A stretch of 64,000 nucleotides of DNA from positions 197,656,001 through 197,720,000 of the forward strand of contig OZ038378.1 in the NCBI GenBank assembly GCA_964036045.1, given 5' to 3'. This DNA comes from Eutreptiella sp. 'Long Island Sound 2002' (lineage: Eukaryota; Protista; Euglenida). Below the pieces are notes generated by a model. That model was not told where the DNA came from, did not search any database, and was given only the letters and a program-made list of their open reading frames with translations. The position numbers and the translations under genes were made by a program. Within the stretch, counting starts at the first letter, position 1. Every line of letters starts with the position of its first letter. Shown here piece after piece: positions 10,921 through 23,520 of this stretch.

Positions 10921-13035
10921 TGAAAAGTGATGGCACGCGGCAGTGGTATGCAGCAATTGCACCTTGTGGATGCCACATGGACGGCACATCCCGGGGGCCA
11001 TGCCACTTTTGCGGGCTAGGTTGGGCCATAGTGACGGGCCCTTCCCTAGTAGCGTTGGTGTGGCTGAAGCATGCCATGGTGCAAGGTGCATTACGAAGGC
11101 ATGGCACCTATCTTGACAGCGCACGCTCACCGCGAATATGTGTTTCTTCATGGCAAGACATTACGGAACTGATCGGCATTGTTTGTTTCACATAGTTGCA
11201 TGATTGGGGAGAGGGCGCCTTGGTGGATGCTTCTCTTTCACAGGTTTCAGCCCAACTCTGCGCTCGACCATGCTTAAAACGCCATGAACTTGAAATTAGC
11301 GAGCAGTGGACTCAATATGTGCCTATGGACGGTGCCCCAAAACTACGTCCGTTTTCAGTGCAGTTGCATTGGGAAAGGCCCTCCACACACTCAATGTGTG
11401 TGCACAAGCTGGCAACCATCTTCCACAGTTTTCAACCCACTGTAGCATGTTGTGGGTCACGTACTCCGCGTGCGGTGCTGCATACAAGTCCATTGGGCAT
11501 TGCAAAGGGTGGTCTCCAAAGAAGCATGCTCCTTAGTGAAATGAGATCTTTCCCTTTTCTTTGAAAAACCTTTGCTACCCCTCCAATGCAGGAAAACGAT
11601 GGTGCGCTGCAGCTGTTTCAGAGGAGTTTGCACCACTTTGTGTAGAGGTAACCCACAGTGTCACGAGAGGCAAAGCCGATATGCCAAATTTTTGTACGTA
11701 CAGCAAGTACGCACGACTAAAGGACGTCTCGTCACTGCGGATGGAGCCCTGGAAGGCTCACCTTGATTGAGAGTGTTTTGACAGCGCTGCCCGCCATGAG
11801 CTTCTAGAGCTGACACACTCGATGGCACACAAGTGTGGGGAACATGTGCGCAATGCATTCCACGCCGTGCATTGCGTGGTTCGTTGTTTCGGGGGGTTGT
11901 GTTAGACGTACCGCCTAGAGTAATTTCCTTGCACACCCATGAACAGTAAACCTTCATTGTGGTCAAAGCATCACTGCACATTTGGACTTGGTAGCTGGTC
12001 CGGATTTCTCCCGTCTACTATCCCTACTTTCACCGCTGCCCATTTCTTTTCTTTTGTGCAGTGGCAGTCTCCCAAATGAATGGCTTCGTCAAGGTTGGTA
12101 TGGGCAATGCCTATGAGGAGAAGAGCAAAGTGATGGTAGAGTGGCCTGGAAAAGGCCTGCGGCCACAAAGACAAGCTGAATGCCGAGAGGATGCAGCACG
12201 AGGAGGCAAAGGAGGCCCATTGATGAGCTGCACAAAGCCCCAGGCCAAGGCCAAGAGGTGCTTGGTGTTGTCAGTGGGATCTTTGAACCACCCACTCCTG
12301 AACCCTCCTTTGCCTTGGATAATCTGGTGGTGGTGGACTTGAAATTGCTGCCAAGCCCAGGAACCCGCCATGGGATAAGAAGTATTGATAGGGTGAGGCT
12401 GGTCAGGCCGGTCATGAAGGTCCCCCCACGGGGGGGGGCAGTAGCACCACATGATTGTAGCATGAAAACCGAACCAATTCCAATATAACCTATTTTCCTT
12501 CGGCGCCTTCAAGGACTGGGGGCCTTGTTGTTCTTGGCACGGGCAGAATGGGCACTTTTGGGACGGACAACCCACCAGTGTGGTACTGCTTCTATAGCAG
12601 AGAATGAGGCGTGGTGGGAAATAGCAGTCCTGTAGTTGAGGGACACCATTCCCTTACAACCTACTTTACAAATTACCAATCACAACAGCCCCTCATTTCC
12701 CCAAACCTTTAACCTAAAACCGCCTGGTACCTGATTAAGTACCTAATTAAAATAATACCATCGGAACGGAAGTGTTCGTTGGACCGAGAGGGGGGGGTTC
12801 CCGCTTTTTTGTCAAAGTGACAATCCCCCTATAGGGGGGATGATGACAAGGGTGGGGGGTAAGTGAGACGTGGGAGGGGCGGGGTGTACTGTGGCAGCAG
12901 AGGATGAGTGTAGAATGTCGATACCCGTGCTCATAGGTCCATCATTGCAGCCACCCCATTGCTGGCGCTTACACGTTCGGAGGGTGCTCTCCAATACATC
13001 TGATGTGCACACTAGGTGAGACGTGAAAGCATGCG

Positions 13036-15071
13036 GTAACACTCATAGTAGCTACGCGGAAAACTTTGGATTGAGTGAACCCGCTATATGCAGTCACCAT
13101 TTAATCTACCTAGACACACCGGCGGACTTGAAATTGTTGCCAAGCGGATGAAGTTGCCATGGGGAGATGAAGTGTGCGGCAACACTCATAGTAGCTGCCC
13201 CGAAAACTCCAGGCTAAATGAACCCGCTATATAGGAGGGCTATGTAGGCTACCTAGAGGCACCGGTGGACTTGAAATTGTTGCCCAGCATAGGAACCCAT
13301 CATGGGATAAGAAGTGTTGAGAGTGTCAGGTAATACTCATAGTAGCTGCCCCCCCTCAAAAAAGTTTCGGGCTGAATGGACCCACCATATCCAAGCACTA
13401 TGCAACCTACCTATGTACACAAACTAGCGGACTTGAAATTGATGCCAAGCATAGGAACCCACCATGGGATAAGCAGTGTTTGGAGTTTGAGGTAACACTC
13501 ATAGTGGCAGCCCCAAAAATTTGGGACTGAATGGTGCCGCTATATTCGAGCACTATGCAATCTACCTGTGTGCATTCATTGGCGGCCAAGCATAGGAACC
13601 CACCATGGGGAAGGAAGTGTTGAGAGGGTGAGGTAACACTCATAGTAGCTGCCCCGAAAACTCTAGGCTGAATGAACCCGCTATATAGGAGGACTATGTA
13701 GACTACCTAGACGCACCGGCGGACTTGAAATTGTTGCCCAGCATAGGAACCCACCATGGGATAAGAAGTGTTGAGAGGGTGAGCTAATACTCATGTAGCT
13801 CCCCCCCCCAAAAATTTTGGGCTGAACGGAGCCGCCATATCCATGCGTTATGCAATCTTCCTATGTACACACCTTGGCTCACTTGAAATTGTTACTAGAG
13901 AGGGTAAGGTAACACTCACAACAGCTTCCCGAAAAATATTTGGGCCGAATGGACCCATCATGTCCAGGCACTTTGCAAACTACGTGGACGCACTGGAAGA
14001 CTTGAAATTGGTACCCAGCATAGGAACCAACCATGGGAAACGAAGTGTTGAGGGGCTGAGGTAACACTCATAGTAGCCGCCCCACAACTTTGGGGTGAAT
14101 GGATCCGCCATTTCCAAGCACTATGCAATCTACCTATGTACACACACTAGCAGACTTGAAATTGTTGCCAAGCATAAGAACCCGCCATGGGATAAGAAGT
14201 GTTGAGAAGGTGAGGTAACACTCATAGTGCTGCCCCCCCCCCCCCAAGAAAATTGTGGGCTGAATGGACCGCATCCGAGCACTATGCAATCTACCTATGA
14301 AACTTCATTGGCGGACATATCCAGGCACTATGCAAACTACCTAGACGCACTAGCGGACTTGAAATTGTTCCCAGACATAGGAGCCCACCATGGGACAAGA
14401 AGTGTTGTGAGGGTGAGGTAACATTCATAGTGGTGGCCCAAAAAGAATTGAGGCGAGTGGACCCACCCAGACACACTAGCGGACTTGAAATTGTGGCCAA
14501 GCGTATGAACGCACCATGGGAAATGATGTTTTCAAAGGTTGAGGTAACACTCATAGTAGCTGCCCCCCCCCCCCGCCCAGAAAATTGTGGGCTGAATGGA
14601 CCGCATCCGAGCACTATGCAATCTACCTATGAAACTTCATTGGCGGACATATCCAGGCACTATGCAAACTACCTAGACGCGCTAGCGGACTTGAAATTGT
14701 TCCCAGACATAGGAGCCCACCATGGGACAAGAAGTGTTGTGAGGGTGAGGTAACATTCATAGTGGTAGCCCAAAAAGAATTGAGGCGAGTGGACCCACCT
14801 AGACACACTAGCGGACTTGAAATTGTGGCCAAGCGTACGAACGCACCATGGGAAATGATGTTTTCAAAGGTTGAGGTAACACTCATAGTAGCTGCCCTCA
14901 AAAATTGGGGTTGAATGGACCCGCCATATCAAACTGCCAGTTAATCTAGACACAGCGGCACACTTGAAATTAATGCTAGGCCCGGTAGCCTCATGGAGGT
15001 TGAAGCATTGAGAGCGTGCTGTAACACTTACAATAACACTCATAGTAGCGACCCCAAAGATTTTGGGGCGT
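13036..15071 (+). repeat. ~140-165-bp satellite array, forward arm, including a ~332-bp higher-order dimer duplication at ~14230-14900
   Basis: Recurring GTAACACTCATAGTAGCTGCCCC...CTGAATG...GGACTTGAAATTGTTGCCAAGCATAGGAACCCACCATGGGATAAGAAGTGTTGAG. The near-identical ORFs at 14291 and 14623 are 332 bp apart. Confidence 0.9.
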
Positions 15072-15909
15072 GCGCACCAAACCTCAAATTGACTGGGCTC
15101 TGTGCCTTCGTTCATTGGTCTCAAAGTGAAACGGACACTGGAACGCGCACCACACCTGTCCCCCTCTCCTCCCCAACAAGCAAGCACCCCATGCATATCA
15201 GCACTGCTGATGGGTCAACATCCTGCGCTGGGCCACATGTTCGTTGCCATGTCAGAACTCCTTTCTGATGTGTCTGGGCCATGTTAGGTCAATGCATTGC
15301 ATGGGGTTATTCGGGTGTGCACTTGCATGCCCCTTTGTTCAGCTTTCAAGTTAAATAATGAATTTGAAGTGCAATTCAGAAGTCAAGCTCAATTGAAGTT
15401 CAGAATTCAATGAGCATTAGTTGATTTTTTGCAGGTTGTGCCGGTTTTGTGCTTGTTCTTGTATCATAACGTTCTTTGTACTTTGACGTGTGGTTGCAAC
15501 AGGGAACTCTGAATGGGTTTGTTCCATTTCGCTGCAATGCCTTGTTACATTTTAATTGATGTGTCGTTTTGAAAGTTGCTTTTGGTTCTGCCTTTTTTTG
15601 TGTTACAGGTTTCGAAGTTGATTTGTGCAAACAAAGGGCGAATATGCAGGTTGCTGCATGTCAGATGTTTGTCTTATAATTCATCAATGCGCGCTTTTAC
15701 AGATTTTGCAAATGTTCATTCTTTTGTGTTGCGCTTCCTCCACTGTGCAGTGTCCGTTTCACTTTGAGACCAATGAACGAAGGCACAGAGCCCTGTATCG
15801 GGGCCCTGTACGTGGGCACTGGGCACGTCCCTGGGAATCTGAAACATGGTTGCTTGTGCCCTTTCCCCTTCTCTTCTGCCTAATTGACGGCTGGGGCAAT
15901 CAACAACAA

Positions 15910-18900
15910 TGCGTCTAGGGAGATTGAATGGTGGCTAGATATGGCAGGCCCATTGAGCCCACAAATTTTTGGTGCAGCTACTATGAGTGTGACCTCATCC
16001 TCTCAATACTTCATATCCCAGCATAGGAACCCACCATGAGACAAGAAGTGTTGAGATGGTAAGGTAACAGTCATAGTGGCCGCCCCAAAAATTTTGGGGC
16101 TCGTAGACCCGCCATATCCAAGCACTATGGAATCTACCTGGATGCACTGGCAGACTTGAAATTGTTGCCAAGCATAGGAACCCACCATGGGATAAGAAGT
16201 GTTTTGAGTGTGAGGTAACACCCATAGTGGCAGCCCTAAAAATTTGGGGCTGAATGGACCCACCATATCCAAGCACCATGTAATCTCCCTAGACGCACTA
16301 GTGGATTTGTTGATTGTTGCTCAGCGGAGGATCCTACCATGGGATAAGAAGTTTTCAGACCTTAGAGCTTGCGGCAACACCCATAGTAGGTGCCCCAAGA
16401 ATTTCTGGGCTGAATGAACCCGCTATATCAAGGCACTATGCAATGCACCTGGACGCGCTGGCGGACTTGAAATTGTTGCCAAGCATAGGAACCCGCCATG
16501 GGGTAAGAAGTGTTGAGATGGTGAGGTAACTATCATAATAGGCGCCCCAAAGATTTTTGGGTGAAAGGACCCGCCATATCCAGGCACCAATGCAGTGTAC
16601 CTAGACATACTGGCGGTCTTGAAATTGTTGCCAAGCCAAGAAACCTGCCATGGGCAACGATTTCAAGTCCGCTAGTGCATCTAGGTAGATAGCAGAGTGC
16701 CTGGATATGGCAGGTTCATCGCCCCAAAATTTTTGGGGTCGCTACTATGAGTGTTATTGTAAGTGTTACAGCACGCTCTCAATGCTTCAACCTCCATGAG
16801 GCTACCGGGCCTAGCATTAATTTCAAGTGTGCCGCTGTGTCTAGATTAACTGGCAGTTTGATATGGCGGGTCCATTCAACCCCAATTTTTGAGGGCAGCT
16901 ACTATGAGTGTTACCTCAACCTTTGAAAACATCATTTCCCATGGTGCGTTCGTACGCTTGGCCATAATTTCAAGTCCGCTAGTGTGTCTAGGTGGGTCCA
17001 CTCGCCTCAATTTTTTTTGGGCTACCACTATGCATGTTACCTCACCCTCACAACACTTCTTGTCCCATGGTGGGCTCCTATGTCTGGGAACAATTTCAAG
17101 TCCGCTAGGTAGTTTGCATAGTGCCTGGATATGGCAGGTCCATCGCCCCAAAATTTCTGGGGCGGCTAGTATGAGTGTTACCTTACCTCACCGTCTCAAC
17201 ACTTCCTATCAGGGGGTCCATAAGGGACTATATGTTTCTTTTGTTAAGGACCGCACTTGGGGACCACCCCAAGGGACCATCAGCCGCCCACCACAAACCG
17301 CTGCCGTCCGCCACTCGCCACCAACCGCCAACCGCCAACGGCGATCAACCGCCAACCACCAAACACCACCAAACACCATCAACCACCAATCTCCAACCAC
17401 CAACCGCCACCATCCGCTACCAATCGCCACGAACCGCCGGTCGCCCACTGCCAACACATGGTGTGCCTGCGCCCGCGGGCTTTTTTGGAAAAGCTGTGTA
17501 ATGCAGCACTTTTTTCCCCCCCATTAAGGACCACTCTGCTTTTTATCCCATGGTGGGTTCCTATGCTTGGCAACGATTTCAAGTATGCCCATGCGTTTTG
17601 GTAGATTGCACAGTGCCTGGATATGGCGGGACCATTCAGCCAAGAAGTTCCGGAGCAGCTACTATGGGTAATGCCCCGCGTTGTCAACCATTCGTTTCCC
17701 ATGCACTTGGCAACAATTTCAAGTCCGCCAATGAAGTTTCATAGGTAGATTGCATAGTGCTCGGATGCGGTCCATTCAGCCCACAATTTTCTGGGGGGGG
17801 GGGGGGCAGCTACTATGAGTGTTACCTCACCTTCTCAACACTTCTTATCCCATGGCGGGTTCTTATGCTTGGCAACAATTCCAAGTCCGCTAGTGTGTGT
17901 ACATAGGTAGATTGCATAGTGCTTGGAAATGGCGGATCCAGAGGGTAAGGTAACACTCACAGCAGCTGCCCGAAAAATATTTGGGCCGAATGGACCCATT
18001 ATATCCAGGCACTTTGCAAACTACGTGGGCGCACTGGCGGACTTGAAGTTGGTACCCAGCATAGGAACCAACCATGGGAAACGAAGTGTTGAAGGGCTGA
18101 GGTAACACTCATAGTAGCCGCCCCACAACTTTGGGGTGAACCTCTCTGGTAACGATTTCAAGTGAGCCAAGGTGTGTACATAGGAAGATTGCATAGTGCA
18201 TGGATATGGCGGCTCCGTTCAGCCCAAAATTGTTGGGGGGCAGCTACATGAGTATTAGCTCACCCTCTCAACACTTCTTATCCCATGGTGGGTTCCTATG
18301 CTGGGCAACAATTTCAAGTCCGCTGGTGCGTCTAGGTAGTCTACATAGTCCTCCTATATAGCGGGTTCATTCAGCTTGGAGTTTTCGGGGCAGCTACTAT
18401 GAGTGTTACCGCACACTTCATCTCCCCATGGCAACTTCCCCCGCTTGGTAACAATTTCAAGTCCGCCGGTGTGTCTAGGTAGATTAAATGGTGACTGCAT
18501 ATAGCGGGTTCACTCAGTCTAGAGTTTTTGGGGCAGCTACTCTAAGTGTTAGTGCATGCTTTCAACTTCAACATCCTGTGCTTGGCCACATTTTCAAGTC
18601 CGCTAGTGCGTCTAGGTGGGTCCATTCGCCTCAAAAATTTTGAGGCAGCTACTATGAGTGTTACCTCACCCTCTCAACACTTCCTTCCCCATGGTGGGTT
18701 CCTATGCTTGGCCGCAAGTGAATGTACATAGGTAGATTGCATGGTGCTTGGATATGGTGGGTCCATTCAGCCCCAAATTTTTGGGGCTGCCACTATGAGT
18801 GTTACCTCACACTCAAAACACTTCTTATCCCATGGTGGGTTCCTATGCTTGACAACAATTTCAAGTCTGCCAGCTCATCCAGGTAGATTCCATAGTGCTT

Positions 18901-19070
18901 GGATATGGCGGGTCTACGAGCCCCAAAATTTTTGGGGCGGCCACTATGACTGTTACTTTACCATCTCAACACTTCTTGTCTCATGGTGGGTTCCTATGCT
19001 GGGCAACGATTTCAAGTCCGCTAGTGCATCTAGGTAGATAGCAGAGTGCCTTGATATGGCAGGTCCATCG
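15910..19070 (-). repeat. Same ~150-bp satellite, mainly inverted arm (forward block at ~16020-16645, re-flipped block at 17941-18140)
   Basis: ~16720-17130 is the near-exact reverse complement of ~14660-15071, and 17700-18560 mirrors ~13040-14320. Confidence 0.88.
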
Positions 19071-19762
19071 CCATGCCAATTTTGCTGTGTTTGGATGAGT
19101 CGCTTTTGTTGTTTCGCTCTGGTGTTGCATTGATTAGTTTCGCTTTTGTAGCGCTTTTGTTTTTCAACTTCATTCACGGATGTGATGCGATGCAAGCTGT
19201 TCCTCCACCCGCAAAACAAACGTATTCAAAAGCGAAAAACAAAAGCGAGATGACTGTCGAAATATCAACAAAACAAAAGGGGCGTTTTCCACCTGTGACA
19301 CGAACAAACAGATTCGAAAGCGAAAAGCGAGACTCAAATGACTTCACAAAAACGACACAGAATGCACGTGTCTTTGCAACAAAACACAACAAAAGACCTT
19401 ACATTCAAGTGCGACGCAAGTGGATTGTTGAGTGGTGATTGCAAGCGTGCAGGTTCATGTTTCCAATGCTGTGTTTGCATTGTTTTCGAATGCTTGTAGA
19501 CTGTCCTTTTTGTTTTCGAGTTCTGTTTTTGTATATTGCAGGTGCTTGTGCGTTCAGTTCACTTGCCGCTGGTTCCACTGCCGGTTCGGCAAACAACAAT
19601 TCCACCGAGGAGTTTTCCAGAGAGCAGCGTGTCTTTCTGCGGGTGTGTGGTCAGTACATGGAAGAAGAATGACAGTGATCCCCACTGTTTGCCTGTCCAC
19701 ACAAGCAGTGTGTCGTGGTTGCTGAGTGGGGACCTCTTTTCAGACGCAGAGTGATCCAGCCA

Positions 19763-20173
19763 GGTTTTTCTGCTCATTTCTTCTGCAATGCAAAGTGCCA
19801 CCCACCTTCCTGTACATTGCTGCAGTGTCTGACAGCCATAGTCATCAACTCCTGGGACATTTGCATCCCATCACATCCGTTCCTGCATTGCATGCTCATT
19901 TTCTGGAGATTTGGCAGTCTGCCCAGTCAGTCCCAAGTTCCAGATTCCTTGCTCAGATTTTGTTCACAGGGAGGTTTTTTCACGGTTTTTCCTGCTCATT
20001 TCTTCTGCAGTGCATTGTGCCACCCACGTGCCTGTGCTGCAGTGTCTGCCAGCCATAGTGATCAACTCCTGAGAACCCTGCATTCAACACATCCGTTCCT
20101 GCATTATATGCTCATTTTTTGCAGCTTTTGCTGTCTGCCCAGTCAGTCCCAACGTTCAGATTCTTTGCTCAGA
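19763..20173 (+). repeat. Diverged ~220-bp tandem duplication
   Basis: CTGCTCATTTCTTCTGCA...CAGCCATAGT..ATCAACTCCTG...GTCTGCCCAGTCAGTCCCAA...TTGCTCAGA occurs twice. Confidence 0.8.
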
Positions 20174-21859
20174 CTTTGGTTAGAGGCATTATTCGGCGCA
20201 CAAAGCCGAGTGGTATTGCCTCGTAGAGGTTGTTTTCAAGCACTACTCAGTGGGTGCACAATTTTGCCCATAATTTCATGCTCTAGTTTTGCTCTTTCCA
20301 AATATCTTCAGATGGCGGTCAACATGGATGGACCAAGGTGCGCACAGGGAGGGATGCTGGTTCGGTATTTGTTTGGCATGTCCAAAAATGGCACCAAAAA
20401 AAAGATTACCCCCTGCAGCCCCCCCTCATGCATGTGTCATGCATTGCATGCATCCCCCCCCCCCCTCCCACCGTTTCTGCCATTTTTGCCTCCAGGCCCT
20501 ATCAAGGAAAGCTGAATGAATCAACACCGAGAATGAAGGCCCGCTAAGGGTGAGGGTCCAATAAGGACCAAAGAAGCAGGCATGAAGCTTTGGGTGTACA
20601 TTCTTAGCACCCAAGGGGTTCACATATGATTTTTGTAGTTTGTGGCTTGTTGTTTTTGCATGCTTTGTTTTTTTTTTTTATAAGATATTGTATGTACAAC
20701 CTTGAATCGTCGTACAAACACCCATATGCCAAATTTTCACACTGTACAATGCACCACTTGCGAGGTAGATGCTATTCACTATTTTCACCTTGTACAATGC
20801 ACCACGTGCCAGATAGATGCTATTCACTAACCATTGCATGACAAGAAAATTTTTGTTGACAGGTTTCAGCTAGACCTGGGCACTCCATCCGTGGGAGCAT
20901 TATACAAGCCACGTGCCAAGTGGCATTGACGATGGCTGGTAGAGGCAGAGCCGGTACTGACGTCAGCTTTCGGGGATCTCGTTTGTGTTGTTATTAGGTT
21001 TTCTTTGCAAGTAGTATGTGGTCACTTTCCGCGCCATTGCATATTCCAGCAAGTACATGTAACATTTGGAGGCATGTAGATTTATTTTTTAAAATTTTCT
21101 TTATGTTCTGTTGATTTTTTTGCAATTCTTTTCCCAAAAATGTGTTGGTAGCAAGGCAAGTCAAGGGAAGCAAAGAAACATCACACAAGCATAAGGTCAT
21201 GGAGGGTTCATGGTAATCAAGGTTGTTCATGGTTGAAGTTAACAGCACGGTTTCATGGTATAAGGAGTATGGGTGTTGTTTTTGGCCCCGTTAGATGCAA
21301 TGTACTTTGCATACAACCATGCATAGGGAATGTTATGATGCATCTGCCCCCCTATTTTCCACCTAAGTAGATGTCACGTAAGTGGCCGTCACGAACCGGG
21401 TGCACACATGCACTCCCCATAGATGAGTGTGTTGGCCAATTGGGCAGTTGCGTTGGGTAAGTGTGGTGGCCACTTGGGGACCCAAAGTGGAAATCAGGGT
21501 AGATGCATAGGACACAGGGTGTCGTGTGTCAAAGCGGGGTCCTCCCCATATATGGATGAAAGGCCATGGGCTAAGACGAAACATAGCCATCCAGCCAGCC
21601 CTAAGTGGTACAATCAAGTTATCATTTCAATTTTTGCTGTCATAAAAGTGCGATGGGGTTGTTCATGCTATTTGACATTGAGCTTTTTCGTTTTGGATGT
21701 TTGGCACTCCAGCCACACAAACATACAATCTATGCATCACAACGTCACAAAATGTGCCCATTGCCACACCTATGTATGTGGAACCTTTGTGATCCTTAAC
21801 CCTGCTGCTATTTGATGGCTGGACTCATTAGATTTTCATTGAGCGCACCGTACAATGGT

Positions 21860-22130
21860 ACATCATACTAGGTAGGACAAAAAGTTGAAAAAGTGGTATA
21901 TCATGCTAGGACAGCAAGCTGGCCGTGAAGATTGTGGTGGATCATGCTAGGGCAACAAGTTGAGATAGCGGTGTATCATGCTAGGAGAACAAGTTGCCCC
22001 GCACCATCATGGTGAATCACGCTAGGACAATAAGTTGTCTTGCACCATCATGGTACATCATGCTAGGGCACGCTAGGACAATAAGTTGTCTTGCACCATC
22101 ATGGTACATCATGCTAGGGCAACAAGTTCA
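21860..22130 (+). repeat. Minisatellite of ~7 copies of motif ATCATGCTAGGRCAAYAAGTTG with short variable spacers
   Basis: Motif seen directly; the same array is at ~50520-50795. Confidence 0.8.
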
Positions 22131-22749
22131 CCCCCAAGACTAATTGCCCATGTCATGAGCTAGACTAATTGAACTATAAGAAACATGACCACCCCCCGTC
22201 AACTTTGCTTGTCATCTAGTCCAATAATTCTTTTGACCCTTAGTCCACGCATACGTCAAAGCACAATATACAGTGCACGGCAATCAAGTGACCGTAATCA
22301 CCGTATATGGAGAACTCGGACATCACCAGCTCCACTCCAGACACCAAAGACAGTCGGATCACAGGAGAATGAATCAATCGCGAACGAATCAATGGTGAAC
22401 ATATCTATGGTGGCCAAATCACGAGTGAACGGATCAACCGTGAACAAATCAATAGAGATTGAATCAATGGTGAACAAATCACTCAAACCCACAACACTAC
22501 CTCCTCTCAAAAACCCTCAAAAGAAGGCAAAAGCGGCGAGCAAGCCACCCCGAGGCTACCAAAAGGAGCCATGCCGAGGTAATGGGGCCGGCGGTGGGTA
22601 TGTGTAGTCCTAATAAGGGCATGACACACACATAGAGTCATGCCGCCAACATGAGGTGACTGCTATACTCCCTAGGGAAACACCCCCCCGAATATACACT
22701 GCCCGGCCAATACCAATACCAATACACACACGCGAGCGCGCAGACATAT

Positions 22750-22811
22750 GCACAGACACAGACACAGACATAGACACAGACGCAGACACACACACACACA
22801 CACACACACAC
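22750..22811 (+). repeat. (CAGACA)n/(CA)n microsatellite
   Basis: Seen directly; a second copy is at ~51415-51473. Confidence 0.9.
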
Positions 22812-23350
22812 TACGTGAAGGAGACCAAGAAACCTGAACCCACTGTGGATAGCGGGCAAACAGGGCACTTGTCAAAACAGCTCGTCGGGCCAAAAAAGAA
22901 AAAAGTGTCATCGAGGCTAGGCGCCTTTCTGAGGGACAGCAAGAACGGGGATGGCAGTGTTCTTCCACCTCTGCAGAGTCATATCAGCCCCCTTGTAGTC
23001 TTGTTGCCCCTAGCTCTAAGGAGAGAAGGAAGTTGTATACCTTGCAGCATTGCTTACATGCTCCTAGTCCAGTCATCAAGTGCAACTTCAACCACGGCAG
23101 GACCTCAACCCCAAACTGACACCATTCCAAGGCAAACCAGTTCCATGGGCCCATACCCACACCCTTCAGCCGGACTGCATGCAACCACAGCTGCACACAA
23201 TGTGCAACACACGGGTAAACGCAATGCAGAGATCGATTGGTGGCATATCCCAAACACAAAGCACGTCGGTGACAGCTGACCAATCGGTAACATTTGCCCA
23301 TGTCCACAGCACCAATCCAATATCTCATGCCATACAATCACCACAGAACA

Positions 23351-23520
23351 TGTGTACATAGGTAGATTGCATAGTGCCCGGATATTCATTCGGCCCAGAA
23401 TTTTTGGGGCGGCGACTATCAACATTACCGCATATTCTCTACACTTCACATGCCATGGCATGTTCCTATGGTGGGCAACAATTTCAAGTCTGCCAGTGCG
23501 TCTAGGTAGATTGCATAGTG
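23351..23520 (-). repeat. Solitary inverted monomer of the ~150-bp satellite
   Basis: GTACATAGGTAGATTGCATAGTGC...GGCAACAATTTCAAGTCTGCCAGTGCGTCTAGG. Confidence 0.75.

Noticed and set aside
13407-19037. Many 60-210-aa ORFs with recurring AATMSVTS..QHFLSHGG peptides
   Set aside because: These are translations of the ~150-bp satellite; monomer lengths vary by non-multiples of 3 and frames are not preserved.
21860-22130. CRISPR-like repeat-spacer appearance
   Set aside because: The repeats are degenerate, the spacers are short, unequal and partly duplicated, there are no cas genes, and the context is eukaryotic.
22185-22607. 140-aa ORF with ESMVN repeats
   Set aside because: It is driven by a short GAATCAATGGTGAAC repeat, has no domain signature, and its conservation in copy B only reflects the recent duplication.
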